A stretch of 64,000 nt of DNA. It comes from Macrostomum lignano (lineage: Eukaryota). The position numbers were made by a program, and so were the translations under genes. Of this stretch, positions 13,318 to 25,242 are shown piece by piece. How positions within the stretch are numbered: the stretch's first letter is position 1; each line of letters starts with the position of its first letter. Location of the stretch: contig NIVC01001474.1 in assembly GCA_002269645.1 (NCBI GenBank), positions 100,475 through 164,474 of the forward strand. Reading direction: 5' to 3'. The notes below the pieces were generated by a model. That model did no database searches, was not told the origin of the DNA, and was given only the letters and a program-made list of their open reading frames with translations.

Positions 13318-15183
13318 ATGGCAAGCGATACAATACTCCTGTTTGAAACAGCGACTAGCAAAAGAGGTTACTATGGAAGCAATTCGACTCAAGCTGGAAC
13401 TCGTACAGGTAATTCGAATGAAGCTGGAGGTGCAGAAGTTAATTCGAATGAAGCTGGAGGTGCAGAAGTTAATTCGACTGAAATTGAAATTCATCCAGCA
13501 TTTTCCATGAAGTTCTGCAACTTGCTGCCAATCGAATACACTGTGATCTTGTCGATTTTGAGTTTAGCTTTAACCTTAAATGACAGCCAACTGCAGAGAG
13601 GTAACGAGAAGTGCGCTGACTTCAAGCCTTTGCCGTCGAAAATTTGTAGTTCAACCTTATTGTTTTGTGCTGTGTTCTCGCTCATTGGGTTGCTTTTGTA
13701 TGCTTATTGTAGCAAAAAGAAGCTTGTCAATGCCAAAGTGTCAGATAAAGATGGCAAAAAACGGTCGTTTAAAAAAGTCTCAGCCTGGATTCCTGTGCTG
13801 GAAAAGCACGCTTCCGTGCCTTCTACATTCCTGCTGATCGCCTGCTTTTTGCTAGGCCTGGTCTTCGCTATTGGAAACGCCTTAAAATCTATTGACGGTA
13901 TTTTCCAGCTCACAAGCGATGAAAACGATAGTAACCACTGCTCGGATCCAAATTTCTGGTGGCACTTTGACAAGTTTGTGATTCCATGCCTAAAAGTCGC
14001 GTTTACAATACTCCAAACCCTATTCTTTGCATTTCATGGCAACCAAAGTCCGAATACGAGCCGTGGTTTCTCAATTTTATTCTCCTTTCTAATGGCCCAT
14101 TTAATCGCCACCAACTTGTCGTCTTGGTTCTCAAGAGTTAACTCTGAAGTTCTGGAACAGCTCAATAATCATAATCATTCAGAAAGCAACAATTCTGGTA
14201 TAAGCAAATTTCTGCCCTATATTTTTCCATTCAGCGCTGAATATTCCCCTCTCTGCGCCATTTTCGCCCTGTTCTGGTGGATCAACATCGGGCATTTGGC
14301 TAAACTGTTGCGCGAGCATCCTGCTGTGAAAAATGAAGAAGATCTGCAGAATTTGCTGAAAGAAAGCTCGCACGATCTGGCTCTTTGTCGGACCTTCTTG
14401 AAACTTCTTGGCCTGATCCTACTGACAGCTTTTACCATATTTTCCTCCATATTTTTTTTCTTGAATCTTAACCGAATGTATCAATATACGATATTCTACT
14501 TCGTTATGATGTGCCTCCACTTTGTCAATGCAATCGCTTTGATTTGTTTCTTTCGGTTTGGCCGTCAAAATCAGAACTCCACTGGTCAGCAGTTTCACAG
14601 ACGCTACGGAGTCGACGTTGCTCTGTTGTGGATAGCTGCAGTATTTGACACAGCTAACAATACATTTTTACTTGCATACAACTTTTACAACATTATCGAT
14701 CCCTCGCGAGTTCAGTTCGATGGTAAAGCCGCCAAAAACTCCGTTCCATTTGCTGTGGCTTTCGTAGACCTGATAATTGGTATAGTGGACACCTGGTTGC
14801 AAGTAAAAGTATTGACTCTGGCGTTCAACTGGACATTCCGCGCCAATTCAACAACGATCGATAGGTTAAAACAGTGCTCTTGCGTAATAATGGCGATAAA
14901 CTTAATAGAGTGGTTGATGTTCACTATTCGCAGCTCCCAAATGATTGTCGACACAGAATCTCTCAAGATTGGGATCCCATCGATAACGCTAATTGTGTCA
15001 ATCATTTGCTTGCCGCTCTCGATATTTTACAGATTCCACAGTGTCGGCTGCTTAGAAGAGATCAGAGGACACCTGGAAAAAGTAGAATTGACGCCAGATA
15101 ATACGATCTACATCGAAATGGTTCCACTGCGGCCTGCTGAGACCAGGCCTGCTGAGACACCGCCTGCTGAGACCGCCTGCTGA
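13318..15183 (+). CDS. OTOP: Otopetrin-family proton channel, intronless, 621 aa
   Basis: Many hydrophobic segments plus family motifs AHLIATNLSSW...E, PYIFPFSAEYSPLCA..W.NIG and PLSIFYRFHS..CLEEI. Confidence 0.9.
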   Translation: MASDTILLFETATSKRGYYGSNSTQAGTRTGNSNEAGGAEVNSNEAGGAEVNSTEIEIHPAFSMKFCNLLPIEYTVILSILSLALTLNDSQLQRGNEKCADFKPLPSKICSSTLLFCAVFSLIGLLLYAYCSKKKLVNAKVSDKDGKKRSFKKVSAWIPVLEKHASVPSTFLLIACFLLGLVFAIGNALKSIDGIFQLTSDENDSNHCSDPNFWWHFDKFVIPCLKVAFTILQTLFFAFHGNQSPNTSRGFSILFSFLMAHLIATNLSSWFSRVNSEVLEQLNNHNHSESNNSGISKFLPYIFPFSAEYSPLCAIFALFWWINIGHLAKLLREHPAVKNEEDLQNLLKESSHDLALCRTFLKLLGLILLTAFTIFSSIFFFLNLNRMYQYTIFYFVMMCLHFVNAIALICFFRFGRQNQNSTGQQFHRRYGVDVALLWIAAVFDTANNTFLLAYNFYNIIDPSRVQFDGKAAKNSVPFAVAFVDLIIGIVDTWLQVKVLTLAFNWTFRANSTTIDRLKQCSCVIMAINLIEWLMFTIRSSQMIVDTESLKIGIPSITLIVSIICLPLSIFYRFHSVGCLEEIRGHLEKVELTPDNTIYIEMVPLRPAETRPAETPPAETAC

Positions 15184-15563
15184 GACACCGCCTGCTGAGA
15201 CACCCCCTGCTGAGACACTGCCTGCTGAGACGCCTGCTGAGACCAGCCTGCTGAGGCACTGCCTGCTGAGACGCCTGCTGAGACACCGCCTGCTGAGACA
15301 CCCCCTGCTGAGACACTGCCTGCTGAGACGCCTGCTGAGGCACTTCCTGCTGAGACGCCTGCTGAGACCAGCCTGCTGAGGCACTGCCTGCTGAGACGCC
15401 TGCTGAGACACCGCCTGCTGAGACACCCCCTGCTGAGACACTGCCTGCTGAGACGCCTGCTGAGGCACTTCCTGCTGAGACGCCTGCTGAGACCAGCCTG
15501 CTGAGGCACTGCCTGCTGAGACGCCTGCTGAGACCCGCCTGCTGAGGCACTGCCTGCTGAGAC
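15133..15563. repeat. Irregular minisatellite built on CCTGCTGAGAC, overlapping the otopetrin stop codon
   Basis: Units begin inside the last codons (PAETRPAETPPAETAC*). Confidence 0.9.
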
Positions 15564-15603
15564 ATTTATCGACTTACATACATAGGTATGTAAGTCGATA
15601 AAT
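15564..15603. other. Perfect 18-bp inverted repeat with a 4-nt loop
   Basis: ATTTATCGACTTACATAC-ATAG-GTATGTAAGTCGATAAAT. Confidence 0.9.
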
Positions 15604-16135
15604 CAATAAGTAGGCAGCTGTGCGCAGGCAACTGTCGTGCTACCATTAACTTTGCTACGATATTATTTTAAATGGGATTTTTTTATAATTTCTCAACTGT
15701 ATCGAACACTTTTGTCCTGAAATTTCGTTACACTTTGACTTTTTTGTTCGACACCTCTTCTATTTGTGCTTATTTCAAATTTGACTATACATGTATATAC
15801 TCGTATATACATTTGAGGCTTGCCATGATACATTAAAATGTGGTAATCAAAAATAATTTTATTCATTATTGTCAATTGATCTGTGACCCAATTACCGTAT
15901 GCGCCTTGCGTCAAATCGAATAGTTAAGTAATTAAAATAAACCTTACCTTCATTTTCACTTCGGACTCTGCGCTGTCTATGGCACATTCACTCGCTTGCA
16001 CTGGGGCAGCCCCCAAAGCGTTTGCACTATTGTGTAATTTTGCAAGCTAAAGTAAGTTAAAAACCCTGAATTAAAATCCTGGATAATTCTGGCCGCGCTG
16101 GCCAGAACAAAGGAACAAGGTTGAAACGGCCATAA

Positions 16136-17197
16136 ATGGCGAGAGTGCTGCAGAACGTCGACCTGAAAGACCTGGCCAACCGGTTGCTCACATTTGACAC
16201 TGAGGATGTTGAGAATCACGTGCCGCTCACTGCGGCTGAGTGCCTGTCAGTGTGCCACATGGCCATGGAGGCAATGAGATCCACAGACATCTGCATCCAC
16301 ATCAAGACGCCAATCAACATTGTGGGCGACTTGCACGGCCAGTTCCACGATCTGCTTCGAATATTCGACGCTCTTGGCCAGCCGCCCGAGTCACGCTTTC
16401 TGTTCCTCGGCGACTACATCGACCGAGGCAAGTACTCGCTCGAGGTGATGACGCTGCTGTTTGTGCTGATGCTGCTGTACCCGAACTCGGTGTACCTGCT
16501 GCGAGGCAACCACGAGACGGCCAACATCTGCTGCAGGTACGGATTCAAAGACGAAATCGGCCAACGAATGGTGCGAATTCAGGCGCACAAAGTGCTTGGC
16601 GGATTCGTCAGGACCTTCCAGTGGATGCCGATGTGCGCAATCATTGATGGCCAGATCTTCTGCTGTCACGGTGGCATCTCGCCAAACTTCATGCTGCAAC
16701 CATTTAACCTTCGAGGCGGGCAGCAGGCCAATGTCCAGGCGTTGAACGAGTGCAAGAAGCCGGTGGAACCGGTCAGGCCCGGCATCCTGTGCGACATCAT
16801 GTGGTCGGACCCAATTGGCACCGCGTTCAGCGCCCAGTTCAGCCAGAGCAGCGAGACTCTGACTGAGGCCAAGTGGCTGCCAAACAAGCGTGGCTGTTCG
16901 TTCTCATTCTCTGGCCAAGCTCTAGAAGAGGTGATGCGGCTGTTCCAGACTCAGATGCTGATCAGAGGCCATCAGGTGGCTATGAACGGCTATCAGTCAC
17001 AGTTGAACAGACGCTGCGTCACCGTGTTCAGCGCGCCTGGCTACTGCGGCGTCTACAACAATATCAGCAGCATACTGCAGATCGAGCGGCTGAACGATGA
17101 TAGCAAATCCCCTGGCAGTTTTTTCCTGCTGCGACCGATGCAAAGAGACCCGTCTGCGCTGGCAAACCTGTTCTGGAACGAGCTGCGCGACATCTAA
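16136..17197 (+). CDS. Divergent PP1-like Ser/Thr phosphatase catalytic subunit, intronless, 353 aa
   Basis: PPP motifs GDLHGQ, GDYIDRG, RGNHE, HGG, WSDP, RG, RGHQ and FSAPGYCG. Confidence 0.93.
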   Translation: MARVLQNVDLKDLANRLLTFDTEDVENHVPLTAAECLSVCHMAMEAMRSTDICIHIKTPINIVGDLHGQFHDLLRIFDALGQPPESRFLFLGDYIDRGKYSLEVMTLLFVLMLLYPNSVYLLRGNHETANICCRYGFKDEIGQRMVRIQAHKVLGGFVRTFQWMPMCAIIDGQIFCCHGGISPNFMLQPFNLRGGQQANVQALNECKKPVEPVRPGILCDIMWSDPIGTAFSAQFSQSSETLTEAKWLPNKRGCSFSFSGQALEEVMRLFQTQMLIRGHQVAMNGYQSQLNRRCVTVFSAPGYCGVYNNISSILQIERLNDDSKSPGSFFLLRPMQRDPSALANLFWNELRDI

Positions 17198-17544
17198 GAG
17201 CGACGACTCCATTTGACACGGTGAAGGAAAGTTCGGCAGCTCACCTCTGCACAGACGATAGAAAGTTATTTATTTTTTTACTAACGAAAGTTCATTTGTT
17301 TGTACTCACTTGGTGAAATAAAACTGCCTTTTTCCTAAAAATAATAAACTGCAGAATAGACTGTCGGCATTTTTTTTGCATCGCTGGGAGTTAAATGGTC
17401 TTGAAGGCGTTTGACACGAGGCTGTAGGTTGTAAAATACCGAAATATGCGAATAATATACCGTGTGATTTACATTGTAAGACGGCAACGGTTAGAACACG
17501 TTGCTTTTAATCTGCCCTTCTTGTGATGACACTTCCAGCTGATA

Positions 17545-18868
17545 CAGGTGGGTGTTTGATGGTGTCATTCCTGATGCAGGTGTGGGTGGGTGTTTGATGG
17601 TGCCATTCCTGATGCAGGTGTGGGTGTTTGGTGCCATTCCTGATGCAGGTGTGGGTGTTTGATGGGGCCATTCCTGATGCAGGTGGGTGGGTGTTTGATG
17701 GGGCCATTCCTGATGCAGGTGGGTGGGTGTTTGATGGGGCCATTCCTGATGCAGGTGTGGGTGTTTGATGGGGCCATTCCTGATGCAGGTGGGTGGGTGT
17801 TTGATGGTGCCATTCCTGATGCAGGTGTGGGTGTTTGATGGGGCCATTCCTGATGCAGGTGTGGGTGTTTGATGGTGCCATTCCTGATGCAGGTGGGTGG
17901 GTGTTTGATGGGGCCATTCCTGATGCAGGTGTGGGTGTTTGATGGTGCCATTCCTGATGCAGGTGGGTGGGTGTTTGATGGGGCCATTCCTGATGCAGGT
18001 GGGTGGGTGTTTGATGGGGCCATTCCTGATGCAGGTGGGTGGGTGTTTGATGGTGCCATTCCTGATGCAGGTGGGTGGGTGTTTGATGGGGCCATTCCTG
18101 ATGCAGGTGGGTGGGTGTTTGATGGGGCCATTCCTGATGCAGGTGGGTGGGTGTTTGATGGGCCCATTCCTGATGCAGGTGGGTGGGTGTTTGATGGTGC
18201 CATTCCTGATGCAGGTGGGTGGGTGTTTGATGGGGCCATTCCTGATGCAGGTGGGTGGGTGTTTGATGGTGCCATTCCTGATGCAGGTGTGGGTGTTTGA
18301 TGGTGCCATTCCTGATGCAGGTGGGTGGGTGTTTGATGGTGCCATTCCTGATGCAGGTGGGTGGGTGTTTGATGGTGCCATTCCTGATGCAGGTGTGGGT
18401 GTTTGATGGTGCCATTCCTGATGCAGGTGTGGGTGTTTGATGGTGCCATTCCTGATGCAGGTGGGTGGGTGTTTGATGGGGCCATTCCTGATGCAGGTGG
18501 GTGGGTGTTTGATGGTGCCATTCCTGATGCAGGTGTGGGTGTTTGATGGGGCCATTCCTGATGCAGGTGTGGGTGTTTGATGGTGCCATTCCTGATGCAG
18601 GTGGGTGGGTGTTTGATGGGGCCATTCCTGATGCAGGTGGGTGGGTGTTTGATGGTGCCATTCCTGATGCAGGTGTGGGTGTTTGATGGTGCCATTCCTG
18701 ATGCAGGTGGGTGGGTGTTTGATGGGGCCATTCCTGATGCAGGTGGGTGGGTGTTTGATGGGGCCATTCCTGATGCAGGTGGGTGGGTGTCTGATGGGGC
18801 CATTCCTGATGCAGGTGGGTGGGTGTTTGATGGGGCCATTCCTGATGCAGGTGTGGGTGTTTGATGGG
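17545..18868. repeat. Minisatellite with interspersed 36-bp and 34-bp unit variants (GTGTTTGATGG(G/T)GCCATTCCTGATGCAGGTG...)
   Basis: Tandem units read directly. Confidence 0.95.
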
Positions 18869-19145
18869 GGGCGATTCTTTCAGAAAGGAACGAATGGACA
18901 ATTCAGGTGTCAGGTTGTCCACCGAGCTCCAAAATATCAGCGCATATCTGCCCGACCCCGAGAAAAGTAATCCCGCACACCTAGGCATTTACCCAAATTT
19001 TTAGTGACATGAGTTTCTAATTAAATAATTATACCACGACTCGGCGTCTGGAGCCTTCATCATAAATTTTACTACTTTGTAAAAAATAAACGCTTGCAGG
19101 AAGAGACTAATTGCAATTCGGGAATTTTTTTAGAAAAGATAAAAA

Positions 19146-19876
19146 TTATTTTCGAAGTATATTTGATAAAATGCAATTAGACAGTTCAAATATGTGACGC
19201 AATAGACAATACTGTTCCATAAAAAAGCGTGAAGACAGTAATTCACTGGCAGTACACTGATAAAGCAGACCAGTTGTTCCGAAGATGCACAGCCTGGAGA
19301 ATGAAAGGTAAGAAGAAACGGTAATAATTTGACATACATAACATACATTAAATTTCCAGTAATATAAACAGGTGTTTAAAATTTTATAATCAGATGTCAA
19401 AATGCTCTTCACAGAAAATAAATTGGCACTTAACACAAAAATAGAATTAAAAATGTGTCCATTGCCAATTTATTATTTGTTAATCAGGTGAAGAAATTCA
19501 AGTATAGCATCATATTGTGGCGAATTGTAAGATAAAAAAAAATAATTTCAATTTCTTACCCACTAGTTTGTAGGATTGATGCAGCAGAAGTTTTAATGCG
19601 AATCTCCATCTGCAACGAAAATTTTAATAAACTAAACTGTTTAAATAAATTAACTAAAATAAATGATTTTTTTTATTTTTTAGAAACAAATATTTTCAGC
19701 GATCTTGGTGATAAACAGTCTTCATTGACCTGACGGACTTCAAGACAGTTAATATTTCATCATATATATTACTGGAATTACTACTCAAAAATAAGTACAA
19801 CAGAGTGAATTTTAATGACACCAAAAGCATTGATCTAACACTTACCAAATCAACATATCTCCAGGCCATGTCTGTT
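19146..19876 (-). CDS. Possible small spliced ORF (~73 aa; exons 19876-19846, 19609-19560, 19293-19146)
   Basis: GTAAG donors at 19845 and 19559 and pyrimidine-rich acceptors. The joined frame reads MAWRYVDL-MEIRIKTSAASILQTSG-LCIFGTT...LRK*. No family motif recognised. Confidence 0.25.
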
Positions 19877-21509
19877 CTAAAAAAACAGAAATTTTGTTAA
19901 AGTTACACAAGTATTTCAAAACTATTTAAAGAAACAAATTCATCAATGCAATTATATATTTTCATCAGCGATCTTGGTGATAACAAGTCTTCATAGCGAC
20001 TCAAGCAATTATTAATTTTTCATCAGTTCAAAATCTTATTGAGCTACTTAGAGTAGAAGTAGATGTGAATTAACTTACAGGAGAATTCATAAAACTTGAC
20101 TCGACCAGATGACCTGACAAAAAATGAAAGGAAAACACAAATAAAGTATGCATTTTCAACTCTAAAGTAATAATTACACTGGCTAGCACAATTGTGAGTC
20201 TCAGCGATCTTGGTGATTAAAACGTCTTCAATTTGCATGCAGACAATTAGTTTTGTTCATCATATTGACCAAACTGTGTCTTCTAACCACTAAAAATGTT
20301 AATCTAACAGCTTTAGATGGGTTTAGCCAGTAGAAATATAATGATTTATTAGTAAATCTAATTAAAAATACACACAAAATCTAGATAGCACACAATAACT
20401 TATATAGATATAATTATGCAATCTATGTAAACCCATATAGAAATATGAGCATAACATTTCACTATCGTATAGGTAGGTACACATTTTCAATTTTACTTAC
20501 CAGTCTATCAAGCTATAACTCAATCAGAACTCAGACTCAGAGCAATGATGTGGTGACGGCAAGTGAAATACTTGCATGCATACCCAACTGTTAGTTTTCA
20601 ATAGCAGAAGCCTTTACTTGGCACAAAAGGAAATTACTGAAAAGAATAAATAAACAGATGTTAATAAATAAGAGACACTTTTCATAACCAATATCTGTGT
20701 ACCAAATAACAATGATTGCATAGATCATATTTAAACCCCTAAAAAAAGAAAATTCCTTAAATTAAAATTGAATAAAAGTCTACTTCTATTAAATATTTAT
20801 CTATGAACCATGTTCTTACATACTTGACAAAGTATCCATATTTTAAGATTTGTTTAAATATTAGCTTACATAAATGAAACAAAAAAACTTTCTAATTGCA
20901 GCTCATAAGCATATTGGGAGATGGTGTCTACTGCAGATCAGCCTGGCTAAGTATGCACAATAGTATGTGTATACTATTGGAGAGTGCAAGGATATATGAT
21001 AGGATGAATATAAGATGCATGCAAGGAAAGGGTTCAGGGCTTATGCAAGAGTATATAATGTATATGCCCTAGGGGGTAAGGTTAAAGTGTCTGGCTTGAA
21101 AAAGGGGATAATTGGCATATTTTAGACCTTCACTATAGTAGTTTGTAGCAAAGCCTCTTAATGTAGCATTTAACATCCCTTAGGTTAGGCATTATTACTT
21201 TCTTTATCAACTTGGCTTGCTACTGCTTTGCTATATCATGTTGAATGCTATCAAGCTTACTTTAAATAATCTTCCTTTAGTTAGCCTTTTCTAAGTATTG
21301 CTCAAAAGCTTTGTATTGCTATTTGGCTCAAGTTATTTTAATTGCCTTAGCTTAAGCTTCAAAGCCATTGGCTAATAACTCAGGGCCCTATTTGGATTAG
21401 ATAATGGCACAACCAAAGCCAAGGAGGGGACAGAAAGTGGGGCAGTTGTCCTCCCCCTCATACATGCGCAACAATCGGCCGAGTTGGCCGATCTGGCCAA
21501 CCGATTTGG

Positions 21510-22650
21510 CGGCCAACCAAGGAAGTTGCAAAATGCCCACCCGAAAAAATACCAAAGTATTAGTACTAAGTAGCTGACAAGGCATTTTGACTTAATAAGA
21601 CAGTCATAGTTACTCTTGCCATTTACCCAAAGTTGCGTTAATTTTCCGTTAGAGTTTTTTTACATGTAAGTTGCATTTTTGGCCAAAAACTACGTTGCAT
21701 TTTTGTTAAAACTAAGTCGCAAGGCTGACCGAATTTTGGAGGTTGCGCATGTATGCTCCCCCCCAGGCAAAGACCAGAAAAAATCAAAGGGGGGACCAAG
21801 CAAATTTTTGCCAAAAACGAAGCCATTCTTCTGCCTCCCTCTTTTGGGTCTTTACTTTCCAGAATCTACCCCTCAGCAAATTTCTAGTTGTTCTACTAGG
21901 ATTAGGTATACAGTAGCCAGATTAGACTTTAGCCATATCTTAATAGCCAACAAAAAATTAATAGTAAACTTAGCTTTGTTCAATGTGCATATGCATACCA
22001 CTGTAGGTCATTGTAAAATCACTTTAAAAAAACTGTTTATACTATCTATACTACCATAGAAAATGTAGCATACATTATGTCCTAGTTTAGATGGCAGATG
22101 AGTCTATAGAAGTAGGCCTAGAACTATTAGCAGTGGCAGATCTAGAGTTTTATTTAGGGGGAGGGGGCAGTCAAAGTTTTAGGATGCCAACATGAGTATA
22201 AAGAGCACTAATTTATAAGCTAGGAGGTGCAAAAAATCATGTGTGAGGCAAAAATCAAGCTTAAAGATGCAAAAAATGCATGCAAAGGGCAAAAAATCAA
22301 GCTTAGAGGCACAAAAATGCATTTAAAAAGCAAAAACTCAAGCTTAAAGGTGCCAAAAGGCATTTGGGATGTAGGAAGATAACCTTGGCTTGAGTATTTA
22401 AACAATGCCACACTTAGAGATATGCAGCCATCCCTATTGCAGCGCATGGCTTAAGTACGCCAGATGCCTACACAACCTGCGCCACACTGTGAAATGACTT
22501 ACCTGTGAAAGAAACCCTAAAGCAAAATTAACGCAGTTTTGGGTAAACGGCAAGAGTAACTATGACTGTCTTATCAAGCCTAAATGCCTCGGCATCTAAT
22601 TAGTACTACGCCTGTATTCTATGGGGTGGCATTTTTGCGACTTACCCCTG
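21510..22650. repeat. Inverted repeat pair (~21510-21690 and ~22490-22650), each arm containing a degenerate 28S rDNA segment (helix 69 region)
   Basis: 22541-22604 reads GGGTAAACGGCAAGAGTAACTATGACTGTCTTATCAAGCCTAAATGCCTCGGCATCTAATTAGT, against the eukaryotic LSU consensus GGGTAAACGGCGGGAGTAACTATGACTCTCTTAAGGTAGCCAAATGCCTCGTCATCTAATTAGT. A reverse-complement copy lies at ~21560-21628. Confidence 0.75.
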
Positions 22651-25242
22651 GTCCACCACCAATGCTGCGCTGCGCAGGCTGATCTGCGCCGGACGCCTTC
22701 CGCCAAAATGCCCATGCGCTGCAATCAGGGCAGCCATGTCTATAATGCAGAAAATAAAATAAAGCTACTAAAAAAAATAATTTTTTTATACTTATTGGCT
22801 GCCCTATAGGAAAAAGTTGTAAAACCACAGACAGTGTCTAGCGCACTTTTGAAATTTTTCTAAAGCGTAGAGTGCATAGGCCATAGGCGCATCGCCTGCA
22901 CGCGCTGCCTTTTCTTACTGGCTGCTGCTCTAGCAAATGCCAAATACATATACATGGAAATGGGTATAATACCTCTGTTGAAGGGGCTTATACACTCGTA
23001 GTTTATTAAGCTTAGAGATGTTCCAAAAATTCAATTTCAATTTTCCAAAACTTGAAATTTTTAAAAAATTTCAATTTCGAAAAAAATTTAGAAGCAAACA
23101 TTTTGGTAGTGTCTAAAAAGTTGCTAAAAATAAACTACTTTTTATTACATATACATGCATTACTTTTACTTAAGCAGTAAATTGAAAGTAAAAAGTGAGT
23201 GTTGATCATGCTAAACTTTGTTTTTCTGAATTATGATTTTGGGAAATTTTAATTTTGATTTTGGAAAGTCAGCGAATTTTGATTTTGACAAAACTGCAGA
23301 TCTTTTGGAACATCTCTAATAATCCTAAAGTGCAGTAAAATAGTTTGACTCTTTTCTAAAGCCCATGTCTGCGGGTTTTTAACATTTATTCCAATAGGGA
23401 TTGGCTGCACTTTGTAATTAGTTAAACATTAATAGTCTCATTAAATATGTGATCTAGCAATAACTGAAGTGAAGAGCATAAAAAAAAATATGGCAAACTT
23501 CTTATAATATAAAATTTGTAATAATCTATAATTGTGAATACTTACAAATATAGGCCTAGCTACATATATATAATTATAGTTGCACTTAGCCTTAAGATTT
23601 AGTGTTGGTCTTATTAAAAATTTAATTTAAATTACTATTTTATTTTAATTTAAAAACTTTAAAATGTTTAAGACACAAAAAAATATTCACTAAAAAATTT
23701 TAATTTGAAAAAGACTGCCTACTTGGGATTTGAGCCTTGCTTCTTGCTATAGTATATGCCATTACAAGGCAGGTGACATAGGCCTGTTCACAAAGCCACC
23801 ATTTGCTTGTAAGACAGCCTTATAGAATATCCATTCTGTATCAATTTTTATAAATATAGGCCTAAGCCATGCCTATAAGCTCAAATATTATAGACACGTC
23901 TGTTGTGCCTATAAGCTCCAATATTATAGTCATAAACACAGCTGCCATGCCTATAATTACTCCATTTAAACAACTGCAAATTAATATAAAAACTAAAACA
24001 AGCACTTTAATTGCACTTTTTAAGATTACATATACTACCTACTACTGAAAGCACCATTATTAAACTTTTTACATTAATAAAAGTTAGAATTTGCTAGTGA
24101 AATTCTTCAAATTTAAAACTAAGGGCATGGCTACACTTACAGGAATCTATGGAATGTGACTACAGTCTACAACTGCAATTACCATGTTTTCATAGTCGTA
24201 GCCATAAGAGCAGCTATCTACCATAGGCATATCCATAGTTTCCAAAAGCCTTTTTAACAATAAATTATTGTATCAATAAAGCACCATCGTACAATTAAGT
24301 TGATAAGATTTAAGGCTTAGGCCTAGCTGAAGTACCAATTAAATGCTATTGTGAGATTTCAACACCTAGTTGGGAATTGAGGCAATTTTCTAAGCCTCAG
24401 GCCGTCAGGGTTTTAATTTTCTGAACCCAGCAGCTCGCTAGTTAAAACACCTGTTAAAGAGCAAAAAGAATAGGGGTCATTGGGAATTTTGGGGGAAGTG
24501 GCTGTACCGACGCGAACCGTTTAACGGTTTCATTGGTTAGTTTGTAAGCTTTGTATATAACATGTCGTAAAAGAGTGGCTTTTAAAATCTCGCTAAAATT
24601 ATGTTCAAAGCGTATTTTTACCTTGGATTAACAAAATAATTTACTATTTTTGCCTAAGAATGTGTTAAGTTTAAAATAATAAAGTATTTCTAAAGTAAAC
24701 AAAAATATTACATTATTCACTTATTAAGGATTAATTTGTCAGGTGAAAATCGTTAGGAAGAAGGACATACAGCTGGAAATCAAAGACACAGTACTAGTCC
24801 CAAAGAATTTCTAACGAAGCATTCGTTGCACACAAAACTCACTCAGTTTTGAAGAAGTGAGTCCTTTATTCGATTTTTTTCCTGCCACATTATAATCTCT
24901 TGCAAAAAGAGATGAGGCCAGCTGTCAAAAACTGAAGAAGCAAATTAAATATGGTGGCGCAACGATGGTTTGCTTTCTTGGATAAGTATATCCATTCATA
25001 GACTATTTAATGAATTAATGGATAATTTTCTTAAATAATAGATAAAACTAAAACTTTAAGGTGATCGGGATCGAGAGCATACATACATGTATGTATTAAA
25101 TAGATATATACATGTACGTATGTAAAGCGCGTTACATACATGTGTGTTGCAATCACCTACAATAGTACTCGTATATATAATATAAACGAAGTAAAATGTT
25201 ACATATGTGGGGCTTTCGGGAGAAAATTATAAAGGAAATTAT

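Noticed and set aside
17491-18988. Long His/Pro/Thr-rich ORFs (up to 493 aa)
   Set aside because: They are translations of a 34/36-bp minisatellite that is open in several frames on both strands.
21560-22604. A functional rRNA gene
   Set aside because: Only ~64-nt degenerate segments are present, in inverted orientation, with no surrounding rDNA.
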